From Carcharhinus longimanus (taxonomy: Eukaryota): a stretch of DNA of 64,000 bases. Below the pieces are notes generated by a model that was given only the letters and a program-made list of their open reading frames with translations, ran no database searches and was not told where the DNA came from. The DNA lies in the NCBI GenBank assembly GCA_030264375.1, contig JASCQW010000132.1, positions 74,291,338 to 74,355,337 on the forward strand, in the 5' to 3' direction. How positions within the stretch are numbered: position 1 is the stretch's first letter; the number at the start of each line of letters is the position of its first letter. Below are positions 49,525-61,502 of the stretch, one piece after another. The position numbers were made by a program, and so were the translations under genes.

Positions 49525-49815
49525 AACTTTAAAGTTTAAACTTTATTTATTAGTCACAAATAAGCCATACATTGCACTGCAATGAAGTTACTGTGAAATT
49601 CCCCTAGTCGCCACCCTCCGGTGCCTGTTCAGGTCAATGTACCTTACCAGCACATCTTTCAAACTGTGAGAAGAAACCAGAGCACCTGGACAAAACTCAC
49701 GCAGACATGGGGAGAATGTGCAAACTCCACACAAGCAGTAACCAAGCCGGGAATCAAACCCAGGTCTCTGGTGCTGTGAGACAGCATTGCTAACCACTGT
49801 GGCACCGTGCTGCCC
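49525..49815 (-). mobile_element. HE1/V-SINE, tail type B
   Basis: Full-length, with tail gactaataaataaagtttaaacttt. Confidence 0.92.
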
Positions 49816-49924
49816 AACTCATGTCAGAACTCATGGAAACATACCTGGATATGAATCAGCAATGTAAGTCTTCGAGAATCCATTTGACCAGAAGTTGTAC
49901 ACTGAAAGCCTCCATCCTCGTTTG

Positions 49925-50035
49925 TGGCTGGAATTCTCCGGTGCCACTGACAGCAAATGGCGTTTTGCCTGGAATGCCAAATCCTCTGTTCCCACTTGCA
50001 GCAGAATGGGCACAGACAAGACTGAGAATCCCGCC
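49925..50035. mobile_element. Harbinger-type MITE
   Basis: ggctggaattctcc / gagaatcccgcc. Confidence 0.75.
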
Positions 50036-50624
50036 AAAAGGCTGTGAGAAACACACCACCTGATCTTTCGTGTGTTTCTGTCTGTTTCAAATGATTAACC
50101 CATTACTGCACGATAATTGACTCTCAATATTGAAATGTCTCTTTCAGGAGGTTACCTGTTGGTAGGAGGTAAATATGGCCTGCAGAAGTTTAATCTTGGC
50201 AGGAACTGTTTTTTGCTAATAGATATGCAGGCAAGAAAATATGCTGCTTCTCAGATGGAACCAAATCTGAATCCTCCCAGAGAGTGACGCACTGAGCACT
50301 ACTGGAGCTCTGAGGCCAGTTATTCAAGGTGAATACTAGGAGGTGCCTATGGTTATAAATGCTACACACATACCATATTATGCACCTTTGTAGGAATTCT
50401 TGAGGGAGTTTAATTACTTTACTTTTGTTTAATTGTTTCTCTTTTTCATGATTAAACATTTTTCATTGATGCCTTGAATGCCAGTTATGCAGCACGATAC
50501 ACTTTAAACCATTAGTCTTAACCTACAAGTATTCCCTCATTCACATCCTATTACATGCATTTGCCTAAACTGATACTCCTGTATAATGCTAGCCTATCTA
50601 TATGGCACCATATGCATCTTTTGC

Positions 50625-51295
50625 CAGCTGTAACTATTCTCATCCCTGACTTAGAAGTTTGTGGATTCAAGTTCAACCCCAGAAACTGAGCACAGAAATC
50701 AAGGCTGAAACTCCAGCACACAACTCAGGGAACACTGGACAATTAGAAGCTTTAAACAAAGGTTCCCCTTCCATCATAAAAAAACAAAATTCTGTAGGTG
50801 TTGGGGATCTGTAATAAAAACAGAAAGTGCTGGAAAAACTCGACAAGGATCTGGCAACATCTGTGGAGCGTGAAGCAGAGTTATCATTTTGACTTAATTA
50901 TGCCCATAGATGATAGGAGCAGGAGGAAGCGATTTGGCCCTTCGAGCCTGCTTCATCATTCATCACAATCATGACTCATCTTCCAACCTGATAGCCTAAT
51001 CCTGCTTTCTCCCCAGTATAAACATTTCTTCCCTCTTCAGTAGACGTAATAGATCATGTGGCATTATTTAGAAAAGGAGCTATCCTTGATGTCTTGATGA
51101 ATATTTATCCCTCAATCAACATCACAAAATCAGATTATTTGGTCATTATCACATTGTATGTGGGAGCTTGCTGTGCACAGTTCAGCTGTTGCCTCTCCTA
51201 CATTCCAATAATTAATACAATTCTTTGGCTGTAAAGTGTATTATGACATCCTGTGGTCATCGAAAGCTGCCATATAAATGTATTTTCTTTCTTGA
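50625..51295 (+). mobile_element. Deu-domain SINE (SacSINE1-like), interrupted
   Basis: Deu-like core and tail atttatccctcaatcaacatcac...gtgggagcttgctgtgcac...ggctgtaaag...atataaatg. A Penelope-like end (50783-50895) and a CR1 tail (50905-51015) are inserted. Confidence 0.75.
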
Positions 51296-52394
51296 TGTTG
51301 TTCTTTATAAATGCCGTAACACCCATACAGCTGCACCCACATATCATCATACCCATGTACATGCCACCACTTGCATGTAGACCCACGATGAGCTGAATAC
51401 AGAACATTAGTTAACACTGCATGTCAACTTGACAATGGCAATATGTCACATCTTGTGCCCTAAGTTGTCAGAAAAAAGTCTCTCAAAGCAGAGAGAGACA
51501 TATAGAAGGCGTTCTAACCCAAAATGAGGGGAAAACCCAAACTTGGGAAGGGAATCTAGGGTAAGATAACTCTGGAGACACCTTGCAACTCAGTTTTGTC
51601 AAATATTGAAGATACTGGGAACTGTTAAATTAAAGGCTTTTATTTGCTCGGTACATTTGCTTGGAAAGCAAATACTGATTTGCACATCTAGTGTTGTTGG
51701 TTGCAAGTGAACTGGATATTTCATACGCTGGAATTCTTTCCAATTCATGCAGGCAGTGGTTGTGCAAGGGAGCATTAAAGCCACACGAGAGCAATTGCCA
51801 ACCCCAGGACCCTCAGCAACCCTGCCAGCCTGTAAAATTGCACAGCCTTCTCATGCTGTTGTCAGTTGTATGTGGGGAAGGAAATAAAATTGCTTACTCA
51901 AGCAAATGAGGAACTTGCCACTTGATTAATACATCTGTGGACAGCTGATTGGCTTATGTTGCAGATATCCGCAGTGACAGTCTGAAGTGTGAACATAAAA
52001 GGCTATTTGACCTAGACAGTTATTGCATGTGTCATGCCAGTGGGTGAGTTTGTTTGCTGAAAGCATGTGGCATAACAATGTCATTTATGCCTTTTTATTT
52101 GGCAAAAGTGATCATGAGAATCTCAGTTAATACCTCCAGGAGAGGGGAGATCTTTTTAAAATAAACTCTACACTACTCAGAAGCAGGAGTATAGGGTTGG
52201 ATTTTAAAATTCTGATACACAAACAGTGGGAAAGACCAGCAGCATGTCTGGATCCTGAAGAGTTCAGCAGTGCGCTTTTTAACTTAGCTATAGTATTTGC
52301 ATCTGGTTTCTGGGGTTCATGAACAATTAGCAAGCGGAGATGTGATTGACCTTCTATAATTAAAGGGACTCTGTGCCTGAATAAAAACATCATA

Positions 52395-52750
52395 GAAGTG
52401 AAGACATGTTGCTGAAACTTTTAATCTTGTACTCATCAGAATATATGCAAAAATGCCAAATTCAAGCAATAACAGTTTATGTTGATAGCAGAAAAGGATN
52501 NNNNNNNNNATTCTAAAGTAATTCAAAAGGTATCTAAGTCTTGAATATTTGCCTTTTTTGTTTGCAAAGAATGGGTCCCTATATATGAATATATGTCGCT
52601 TCTGGCAAGTTTTTTGGGCCATCTTACGAGCTTGCCTGATTATCTTGAATTGGTTGTTCATATAGCTATTCGAATATTCAAGATTATTCAGCAAGTGCTG
52701 CCCAATTTCAGAATCACATCTAAGAGGAGAGGCTTAGTTTTGGGTTTTGC
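52395..52750 (-). mobile_element. Penelope-like element 3' end (GIY-YIG C-terminus plus terminal repeat)
   Basis: RCDSEIGQHLLNN..SNSYMNNQFKIIRQAR..., followed by a ctgatga-containing terminal repeat. Confidence 0.75.
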
Positions 52751-52752
52751 CA

Positions 52753-53165
52753 ACAATTGGCAACACTTGCTGGATAATCCTAATGGTACTAATAGCTACA
52801 CTAACAACCAATTTAGGACAATTAGTTGATCACATCGCCAGATTCGTTCACAGTTACGAGAAGTGGCATACATTCATAAACAGGGACCCGTTCTCTGCAA
52901 GCAAAATGAATATGTTCAAGCCTCATGCCTTTTTTGAANNNNNNNNNNTTTTGAATTACCCAGGAACTTGGGGGGCAGGAGGGGGAATGTGGCTATAGTT
53001 TCTCGTCGCTTTCTTCATGGCAATGCCTCAGCCAGAGTTGACTTGCCAACCAATCAGCACCCTTTTCTTCTGTAGTATAAATTCTTGTGATCATTTGAAA
53101 TTTTGTATTTTTGTATTTGTCCTGATGATGAAAAGGTTTGACAACATGACTCTCTTTTCAGCAAT
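52753..53165 (+). mobile_element. Penelope-like element 3' end (GIY-YIG C-terminus plus terminal repeat)
   Basis: QHLLDNPNGTNSYTNNQFRTIS*...EVAYIHKQGPVLCKQNEYVQA; CCAAT at 53050, TATAAA at 53076, ctgatga at 53122. Confidence 0.75.
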
Positions 53166-53320
53166 ATGTCCTAGTTTGTTTTGGAAGACCTTAAAATATT
53201 TAACAGCAGCTCTTAAAAGCTTCCATCCTGCAGGCTTAATATTTCTAGCTAGTTTAATCTTATCCACTTGAGCCAATTTCAGCCCACTAAACAAGGTTGA
53301 TGACCTTTAATTACCAGAAC

Positions 53321-53666
53321 AGGCGGTTAGCACTGCTGCCTCACAATGCCAGGGACCTGAGTCCAACTCCAGCCTTGGGTCACCATCTGTGCAGGGTCTG
53401 CACGTTCTCCCTGTGTCTGGCGGGGGGGGGGGCGGTCGGTGGATACTCTGGTTTCCTCTGGCTACTCTGGTTTCCTCCCACAGTCCAAAGATGTGTGAGT
53501 TAGGTTGATTGGCCATGCTTAATTGCCTGTTAGTGTCAGGGGGATTAGCAAGGTAAATGTATGGGGTTATGGCGATAGGGCCTGGATGGGGTTGTTGTTA
53601 GTACTGGCTTGATGGGCCAAATGGCTTCTGTCCACACTGTAGAAATTCTATGATTCTATGATTCTA
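53321..53666 (+). mobile_element. HE1/V-SINE, tail type A, inside the Gypsy element
   Basis: Head, V-domain with a G-run and local duplication, and an attctatgattctatgattct tail. Confidence 0.9.
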
Positions 53667-54557
53667 ACTGTGCCATCTGAATCTCGTAGGGCAAATTGAC
53701 TGTTGTTGCCCCTAAAGTCTGCTATGTTTCTCCGGTATATGTAGGCAATATGACTCCTGATTCATTCAATCTCAATGGTTGGAGTCTTTTTGAAAGTAAC
53801 AAAATGCCTTTTCCCTATGACTGTAGCTGCCTCCTCTGTGTCAACTTCCATTCTAAGAGATCTACCATTTACCATCAAGGCTATCTCTACTGGGGGCACT
53901 TTAACCAGTTGGACCTGGTTTAGGTAATGACTCAGGATTCTTGTCAGGCTCTTCATCCAGTTTTTTTTTAAGGAGTTAAATGAACCGTGTGGGTATTTTT
54001 TGAACAGTTTGCCCTGACAGCTTCCTTCCATACAATGCTTAGAAATGCTGTAGCATCTGAAACACACACAATTTCTGCACAGGCAAGCTTCTTGGCCATG
54101 TTGTTTCCCACACTGAAAACAAGCTTCCACCCTCAATGCTGTATCCCTTTTATTGGATTCTTTTTTATCCACACTTGGGTTGTTCTTAACGATTACTGTT
54201 CCCCGCCACAAATGGTTTACCTCATTTAGCACACCTTGCAATTCACTTACACCCTACTCAATGCTATCAGTCACCTGGTCCAACTCCAAAGCTTTTTCTA
54301 AAGGGATTTTGGTCTCAGTCAATTACCTCTTCTATATGATAGGCTGTTTATACAACAGACCAAAGAGTCTCTTTATATTTCTTCTAAAGCTGGGCCGAAT
54401 TTGCAATGCTCTGGTAACCCTCTCAATCTGGTCATGAAACCTGATACTCTCCCCTAGCTCCCAGACTGCTGAGTGAAATTTGTACCCCAATATAATGATT
54501 GAGTGTAGGGGGTTGAAATGGCCTTTAACCAATTCAACTATCTGGCCAAAAGACTGA

Positions 54558-54684
54558 CAGCAGAATTCTACCGCCACGTCTGCCACAGGAATCAGAGTGG
54601 GTGACAGGTGGAAAATAGGAAGGTCCACTGACCTCTGGTGGGATTTCCCGTTCTCGGGTCAAGCGAGGCTGTAAAATCCCATCC
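54558..54684. mobile_element. Harbinger-type MITE inside Gypsy gag
   Basis: cagaattctacc...gtaaaatcccatcc. Confidence 0.72.
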
Positions 54685-54947
54685 TGGATGTTAAATTATT
54701 TAATAAGCTGTAAGGCTGTGGGCCACATATTGTGGGCAGAATAACCTTTCACTTTTCTTCAACTGTTATTTCATTTGCTACAAAGAAGTTACACAGCCTT
54801 TTAATATACTGTTCCCAGTTGTCCACTTTAGGGTCAAATGTTTCAATCTTTCTAATCAAAGGCAATTTATGTGTGTATATACCATGGTTCTTCATATTTT
54901 CAATGTTCCAGTCTTTTCCCCCTCTAGCTGTGCACTGTGATCCCCAA

Positions 54948-55680
54948 AGAATAAAGAACAGGACAGCTCAGGAACAGGCCTTTTGGCCCACCAAGTCTGT
55001 GCTGACACAAATACCTCTCTAATCTAATATTGTCTTGCCTTTACGTGGTTTACATCCCTCTATACTCTCCCTATTCATGTATCTATCCAGATGCCTCTTA
55101 AATGTTGTTATAGAATCTGCTTCCATCACCTCCTCCGGCAGCATGTCCCAGGCACTCACCACCCTCTGAAAAGCCTGCCCCTTTACATCTCTTTTGAACT
55201 TTCCCCTCTCACTTTCAACCTATGGCCCCAAACAATTGACCCTTCAACCCTGGGAAAAAGATTCTGACTATGCACTCTATCCAAGCCTGCCACAACCTTA
55301 TAAACCTCAATCAGGTCCCCCCTCATCCTTTGAAGCTCCAATGAAAACAACCCAAGTTTGTTCAACCTTTCCTCATAGTCCATATCTTCCAAACCAGGCA
55401 ACATCCGGGTAAATCTCTTCTGCACCCTTTCCAATGCATCAACATCCTTCCAATAGTGTGGCGACCAGAATTAGAACTCCAAATGCTGCCTAACCAAAGT
55501 CTTTTACAGCTGCAACATGATTTTCCAATTCCTCTACTCAACACCCCAACCGATGAAGGCCAGCATGCCATATGCTTTCTTCACCATGTTGTCTACCTGA
55601 GTTGCCACTTCCAGGGAACTATGGATCTGCACATCTACATCTCTCCATATGCTAATATTTTTAAGGGCCCTACCATTTAC
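54948..55680 (-). mobile_element. CR1 3' portion inside the Gypsy leader
   Basis: ERVQKRFTRMLPGL...LGLFSLE..RMRGDLIEVYK; tail ctgtcctgttcttt. Confidence 0.92.
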
Positions 55681-55708
55681 GACTTCAAAAGTTTTTCCTC
55701 ATTGCCGC

Positions 55709-55942
55709 TGTAATAAATGAAGGGCAACTCAATGTGGCTCAAAGTAACAAAGGCTCTATTGCCAATGACAGAATTAATTATGCAACTGTGTAACACTCCT
55801 CCCTGGCTCCAACTGAGCATTCTCCCCGACCAGAGAAATGCATGCTTGCACTCGATTACCTTCCTGCCTTGACACTCCATAGGGTCCGGCACAATCATGT
55901 GGTTCTCAGGAAATACTCCTTTAAAGGGACCATGCTACCACA
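55709..55942 (-). repeat. Gypsy 5' LTR
   Basis: Minus strand TGTGGTAGCATGG...TTATTACA, immediately followed by the PBS-like gcggcaatgagg (55708-55697). Confidence 0.7.
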
Positions 55943-55989
55943 CTTCCATATTTATCAGAGAGATAGAGATAAATATGACACAAAATATT

Positions 55990-57180
55990 AAGATAAGCAA
56001 TAAGATGAGCATATTTAAAGTTTAAAAAATGAGAATGTGCTGAATAAACTGATCAAACACAAATCTCCCCTGGTCTGGATGCATAGCATCTGTCTATTTA
56101 AACAAGAATCTAAGCAAGAAATAGCAGAGGCATTACCATATATATTTATTTATTCATTAGAAAAAGGGTATAGCATGAAAAGACTCTCAGCTAATGTAAT
56201 TTTATATTTATATTGAAGAATACAGACAGCATGGATTTCAAAAGAGAAAATATTGTCTGATCAACTTAATTGAATTATTTGAGGAGATAACAGAGTAGAT
56301 AATAATAATGTAGTAGATATAACTTATCTGGATTTTCAAAAGGCCTTTGATAGGGCAACTCATAATGGATTACTGAATAAGGTCAGAGAATGTGGTAAGT
56401 GGACAAGGGGTAGAATGAATTGCTAGCTGGCTTCAAGACAGAAAGTAGAGTTGGAGCGAAAGATGGTTTTTCACAAGGGTTAGCACTGGGAGCGCTGCTG
56501 TTCACAATTTATATTAACTATTTGGACTCTAGAGTCCAAAACACAATTTCTAAATGTGCAGATGACACCAAGTTGCTGGGCAAGGTGTAAGGGCACGAGG
56601 TTATTTCAGTACTGAGGAGGGTTGCAACAAGTTACAGGGGATATTAATAAATTTGCAGAATGGGCAATCGATGGGCAAATGAAGTTGAACACAAATGTGA
56701 GGTAATACATTTTTCTGGGAAGAATTGAGAGGTTACTTATTACTTGCAAGGTGCAGGTCGAGGTAGGGTAGAATTTGTTTCAGTTAGGCTGTTAATCACT
56801 GAGTCACAGCAGAGCCAGAGCTAAAGGATTCTCAGAGTTCAATCATTAAAATTTGCACCACATGTTAGTAAAACCATTAAAAAGCAAATCAGTTGAGAGT
56901 CTATCAGAATAGAACTGAAAACTAGAGAAACTATGCAAAACGTGTACTGAATTTTGGTTTGACCATACTTTAAGAATATTGGTGTAATTCTGGTCGTTAT
57001 ATAATAAAAAGAATGTAAAGGCATTAGAGATGGAGCAGAGATTTACAAGGCTGTTACAAGAAATGGTGTATATATAGCAAGAAAGGATTGACGGTTTGGA
57101 TCTTTTCTCTTAAAAGAAGGGTGAGGGTTGACCCAATAGAGGTCTTTAAAACTATGAAATGTTTTGATTGAGTGGATATA
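55990..57180 (+). mobile_element. Old CR1 RT region
   Basis: VDITYLDFQKAFD, SKCADDTKL, KCEVIHF and DPIEVFKTMK remnants. Confidence 0.8.
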
Positions 57181-59699
57181 GATCTATTCATGATTTGCCT
57201 TCTCCAGCTTGTAGAATGCCTATGTCTTAATACTGGAACTTCATTTTCACAGTTTTAGATCATCTGAATTGAAATCCCCTGTATAAATGTACCCCCATGG
57301 TACTATTGATATTAGGAAGTAGTGTGATGTTTGGTTAAACACCCCTAACATCAACTGTGTTACCCTCAGTCTTAATTCATGTTTAACATGTAAATGATAA
57401 ATGTTCCATATTACTTTTGGGGTAATAATTTTATTTGAATCCCTTCAATTTTCTAAATTAATTTAAGTAAAATAATTGAAGTGCAATATTTAAGAACTGT
57501 GAGAATGTATCAGTATTTCAGTGTAATCATTACTATGGCCTATGAGTTCTGGGATCTCCCAATAGATAATCTTATCTCTGCATTTTAAATGTCAATTTGA
57601 ATTTAATGCTGCAAGAATCTATTCACACTCTTCTAGAGCTATTCCACCTACACTGTTCTGTTGTCTTTCAATTAAATATAAAATGTAAGCCATGCTACGG
57701 TGCTAGTACCAACCTGTTCTTGTCCATTACTTGTCAAAACACATCTGTTATCATTTTCTTAATGATTATAATTTTACTATTTTGCTATTTTTGACAGTGC
57801 CACTATGCATACTGATTTTTACTTTTTTTTATGTTGGTGCTCTCAGTGCGGAGACATTGAATGCTACTTCTGTCGTGGGTGCTGTGACAATACAGCTATT
57901 GTTGCCACCGTCAGTGCCATTTAGTTTTAAGGTGTTTTAGTGAACCATTCTGCAACAAGCTCACTGTAATTTGTGTCCCCTATGTTGCAGCAATGTAACC
58001 TCTCTGCCATTAAAGAGACATTCTTTTCTCTATAGGATCCATAACATTTTATACTGATACCAGCTACATTTTGGCCCCATTTTGAATGGAGTACATTAGA
58101 TAAGCAAAGGGGGAAGGATGAGGTGAAGAATTTTGTTCAGGTCTGCACGCTGAGGAGATTTAACTTCACAGCGTGTATCTTTTTTGAAGAGAGGATCCCC
58201 ATCTGGAGTATGGAGGACACTCTGGAGCAGGCCGCAGGAGCAGATAAGGATCCTGCTGTTGCATTAGATGGAACCTGGGGAGGCAGGGGTTAGGGGTCTG
58301 ATGTCAGAGAAAAAGATAAACTAATTGGGAGGTTGGGAAAGAAGCACTGCTGCACATTCTGGACCACAAACCTTTTCTATGAAGCAGTTCTCACGTCTTT
58401 ATTTGACGGATTTTCTGAATCAAGGAGAGCTAACCAGCAAAGGTTAAACTGGAAGATAGGTTGTACTTGAGGCATGCAACCTCATTCGAATGTGAACTGG
58501 CCAACATGCCTCTTGGGAGTGGTTTGCTCTCCTGCCTTTGCAGAACCCAAAAGAGGGCAGCGTTATGGTAGTTATAGATTTGACAAATTTTTACATCTCA
58601 CCCACTCCCAACATTTTGTTTTGGGAGTGGGTGAGTTATTCTGTTCATGCCACTCCAGAATTATTATGAAAATACCGACTCAAGATTGACTCAGATTCCA
58701 AATTAAGTAACAAGTCTTGGCCCAAATCTTCCAGAGTTAGATCATTGAAATCTGGACTTAGGTTAGGAGATGGGTTGTCAGGACCCCAAATCCATACACG
58801 TGCTGAAACTTCCACTGCATGGCACACACCGCGAATGTCTATAGATCTGAACTCGGTGTCCAAGACTTGGGCCGGTCATGTGGGACTTGGTTGGATTCCC
58901 AGGAAATGTGGTGCTGGCTTAGACTAGTCTAACTCAGTGATTGCAGTTTAACTGAACTGAACACTATGACCAAGCTCCCCCTTCCATGATGAATCAATCC
59001 AACACTCGCTCCACCCTCCCCCTCTACCTCCCCACTGCCAAACCCGGTCTGACAACACCCACTCCCATCTATTCCAACACCTGACCACCCCACACCTGAC
59101 TACTCACTCATTCACTCACACACTCACTCACGCACCACCCATACCCAACGAAAGTCATGAGACCTTTAAAAACTTAACATAGCAGCTAATGCCGTAAAAA
59201 CAGGATGTGTCCTCACTTCACCTGTATAATACTGCACTCGTTGGTCTCCATGGGGATGGCTGCACTGACCCATCACTCCTGCAGCTGGGATCACAAGTCC
59301 CAGCTGAAAGTTTGCAAAAGGTCAAGTCTCAGAAATCTTTGCTGGCAGTGACAATACACATGTCATCAACATTGACTAGAACGTCTAGACCATGATTTAT
59401 TTGCAGAAAAGGTACAACTTTGGACAAACAAAGAACAGTACAGGCTTATGTACGAAAACAACAGAAACAATCAGATAAAAAGAAATCTATAAACCATTAA
59501 GACCCAAGACTGATTTTCTGTACCAGCTGCATATAAAATACTTTGGCACATAGTTCAATGTCACTATAGCATTCTGGATCTCATCTGTTTTTTGGTTAAC
59601 TTTGGTACCTGTATCTGCCTCATCTTGGCTTCTGAGCTGTTCCCCACAACAGAGGCCAAAATGTCTCATTTAACTTTAAACATTTGGATGAGTGTACCT

Positions 59700-60310
59700 G
59701 TTCCTTAGGTTGGAAGGGAATTTGGACACAGAAATAATGAAGGATTGGTGATATATTTCCAAGTCAGAATGCTGAGTGATGGTGGTTTTCCCATGAATCT
59801 GCTGCCACTGTCCTAGACAGTAGCAGCTGTGAGTTTGAAAGGTGTTGCCTAAGGAGCCTTGGTGAGTTCCTGCAATGATCTTGTAGATGGTAGACATAGT
59901 TACCACTGTTTGCCAATGGTGGAAGGATTGAATGTTTGTGGAAGAGGTGACATTCAAATAGGCTGCTTTGTCCTGAATGGTGTTGATTTGCTTGAGTGTT
60001 GTTGAAACTGTACTCATCTAGGCAAATGGAGAGTATTTCATCACACTCCTGCCTTGTGCTTTGTAGATGGTGGACAGGCTTTGATGGGCCAGAAGCTGAA
60101 TTACTCACTGTAGGACTGATAGTCTTTGACCTGCTCTTGTAGCCAAAGTATTTATATGGCTAGTCCAGTTCAGTTTCTTGACCAGAATGCACCCCCGCCC
60201 CCAAGATGTTGATAGTGAGGAATTCATCGATGGTAATGTCAACAGGTAATGATTTAATTCTCCCTTGTTAGAGATGGTCATTGGCTGGTGTGAACGTCAC
60301 TTGCCACTTA
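59700..60310 (-). mobile_element. CR1/L2-like LINE (family B) fragment
   Basis: Colinear with 22960-23570 and 27800-28276. Confidence 0.85.
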
Positions 60311-60311
60311 C

Positions 60312-60615
60312 AAAGAGAACAAAGAACAAAGAACAACCCAGCACGGGAAACAGGCCCTTTGGCCCAACGAGCCCGCGCCGCCGCATCACCCTACACCTAT
60401 TCTACCCTGCGTGTCTACGAATGGAACCCCTAACTTANNNNNNNNNNNNNNNNNNNNNNNNNNNNNNNNNNNNNNNNNNNNNNNNNNNNNNNNNNNNNNN
60501 NNNNNNNNNNNNNNNNNNNNNNNNNNNNNNNNNNNNNGCCATCTTGGTGTCATCAGCAAACTTGCTGATCACACCACCTACGCTCTCTTCCAAGTCATTT
60601 ATGTATACTACAAAC
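60312..60615 (-). mobile_element. Young CR1 (gap inside)
   Basis: VYINDLEESVGGVISKFADDTK; (ttctttg)n tail. Confidence 0.85.
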
Positions 60616-61124
60616 TTGTCAGCATCTTTCATCCTCTACAGCACTGTTGGTACTTAAAGAGCAGCCAGAAAATCAGATTGGTCCACAGCTCTCTAAAGTC
60701 AGGCTTTCTCCTGTCTGCTGCCAATTAATGCTCATTTGAGCATGAAATGGCTCTGGGATACTCAGAGTGGGCAGGGACGTATTCATTCTTTTGCTAGCCT
60801 ACTCATTTATTCCCTTTTCTCATTCTTCCTTCAATTTCAGTGTCATTTGTTGCTGAATTTTAAAATCCTCCCCACCCACAGACTTACTGTTCTTTTGGAC
60901 AGTACATGCTTAGCATCCACAGCCTTTTGGGGGAGAGAAAGTTCTAGTTTTTTATCCCCCTTTGTGTGAAAAGTGTTACAAAATGTACAACTTGAATATC
61001 TGTGAATCCAGAAGTGAGATCTAAGCATTTGCTAAGTGCTTTACCATAGAGAAACCAGATAACTAGAAATAGAATCTAGAAACTAGATAAGTATGGCTCC
61101 TGCTCTGCACAAGACCGCAATAAA

Positions 61125-61502
61125 CTACGAAAGGTCGTGAATGTAGCCCAATCCATTGACTCTGGCTACATTTCCCGCTGCTTCGGCAAAGCAGCCAGCA
61201 TAATTAAGGACCCCAAGCACCCCGGACATTCTTTCTTCCACCTTCTTCCGTCGGGGAGAAAAGTACAAAAGTCTGAGGTCACGTACCAATCGACACAAGA
61301 ACAACTTCTTCCCTGCTGCTGTCAGACTTTTGAATGGACTTACCTTGCACTCAATTGATCTTTCTCTACACCCTACCAATGATTGTAACATTACATTCTG
61401 TACTCTCTCTTTTCTTTCTCTATGACGGTATGCTTTGTCTGTGTAGCATGCAAGAAACAATTCTTTTCACTAATACATCTGACAATAATAAATCAAATCA
61501 AA
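61125..61502 (+). mobile_element. Rex1/Babar LINE 3' end
   Basis: SRCFGKAASIIKDPKHPGHSFFHLLPSGR; tail gacaataataaatcaaatcaa. Confidence 0.88.

Larger units (their letters stand above)
53163..55942 (-). mobile_element. Gypsy/Ty3 LTR retrotransposon (5' LTR, PBS, gag, zinc knuckles, protease), fragmented by later insertions
   Basis: gag LPLIRKIETFDPKVDNWEQY..FFVANEI; CFQCGKQH...C knuckle; protease MEVDTEEAATVI; PTYTGE; LVG*NWL..IRLN; KYFKVFQNKLG. Confidence 0.85.

Noticed and set aside
3464-53666. tRNA-like A/B boxes as tRNA genes
   Set aside because: All are SINE heads followed by a V-domain or other SINE body; none gives a full cloverleaf.
53762-54241. 159-aa ORF with a Cys/His knuckle as a possible host zinc-finger gene
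   Set aside because: It is Gypsy gag/protease with a degenerate catalytic motif (DTE instead of DTG) and flanking stops.
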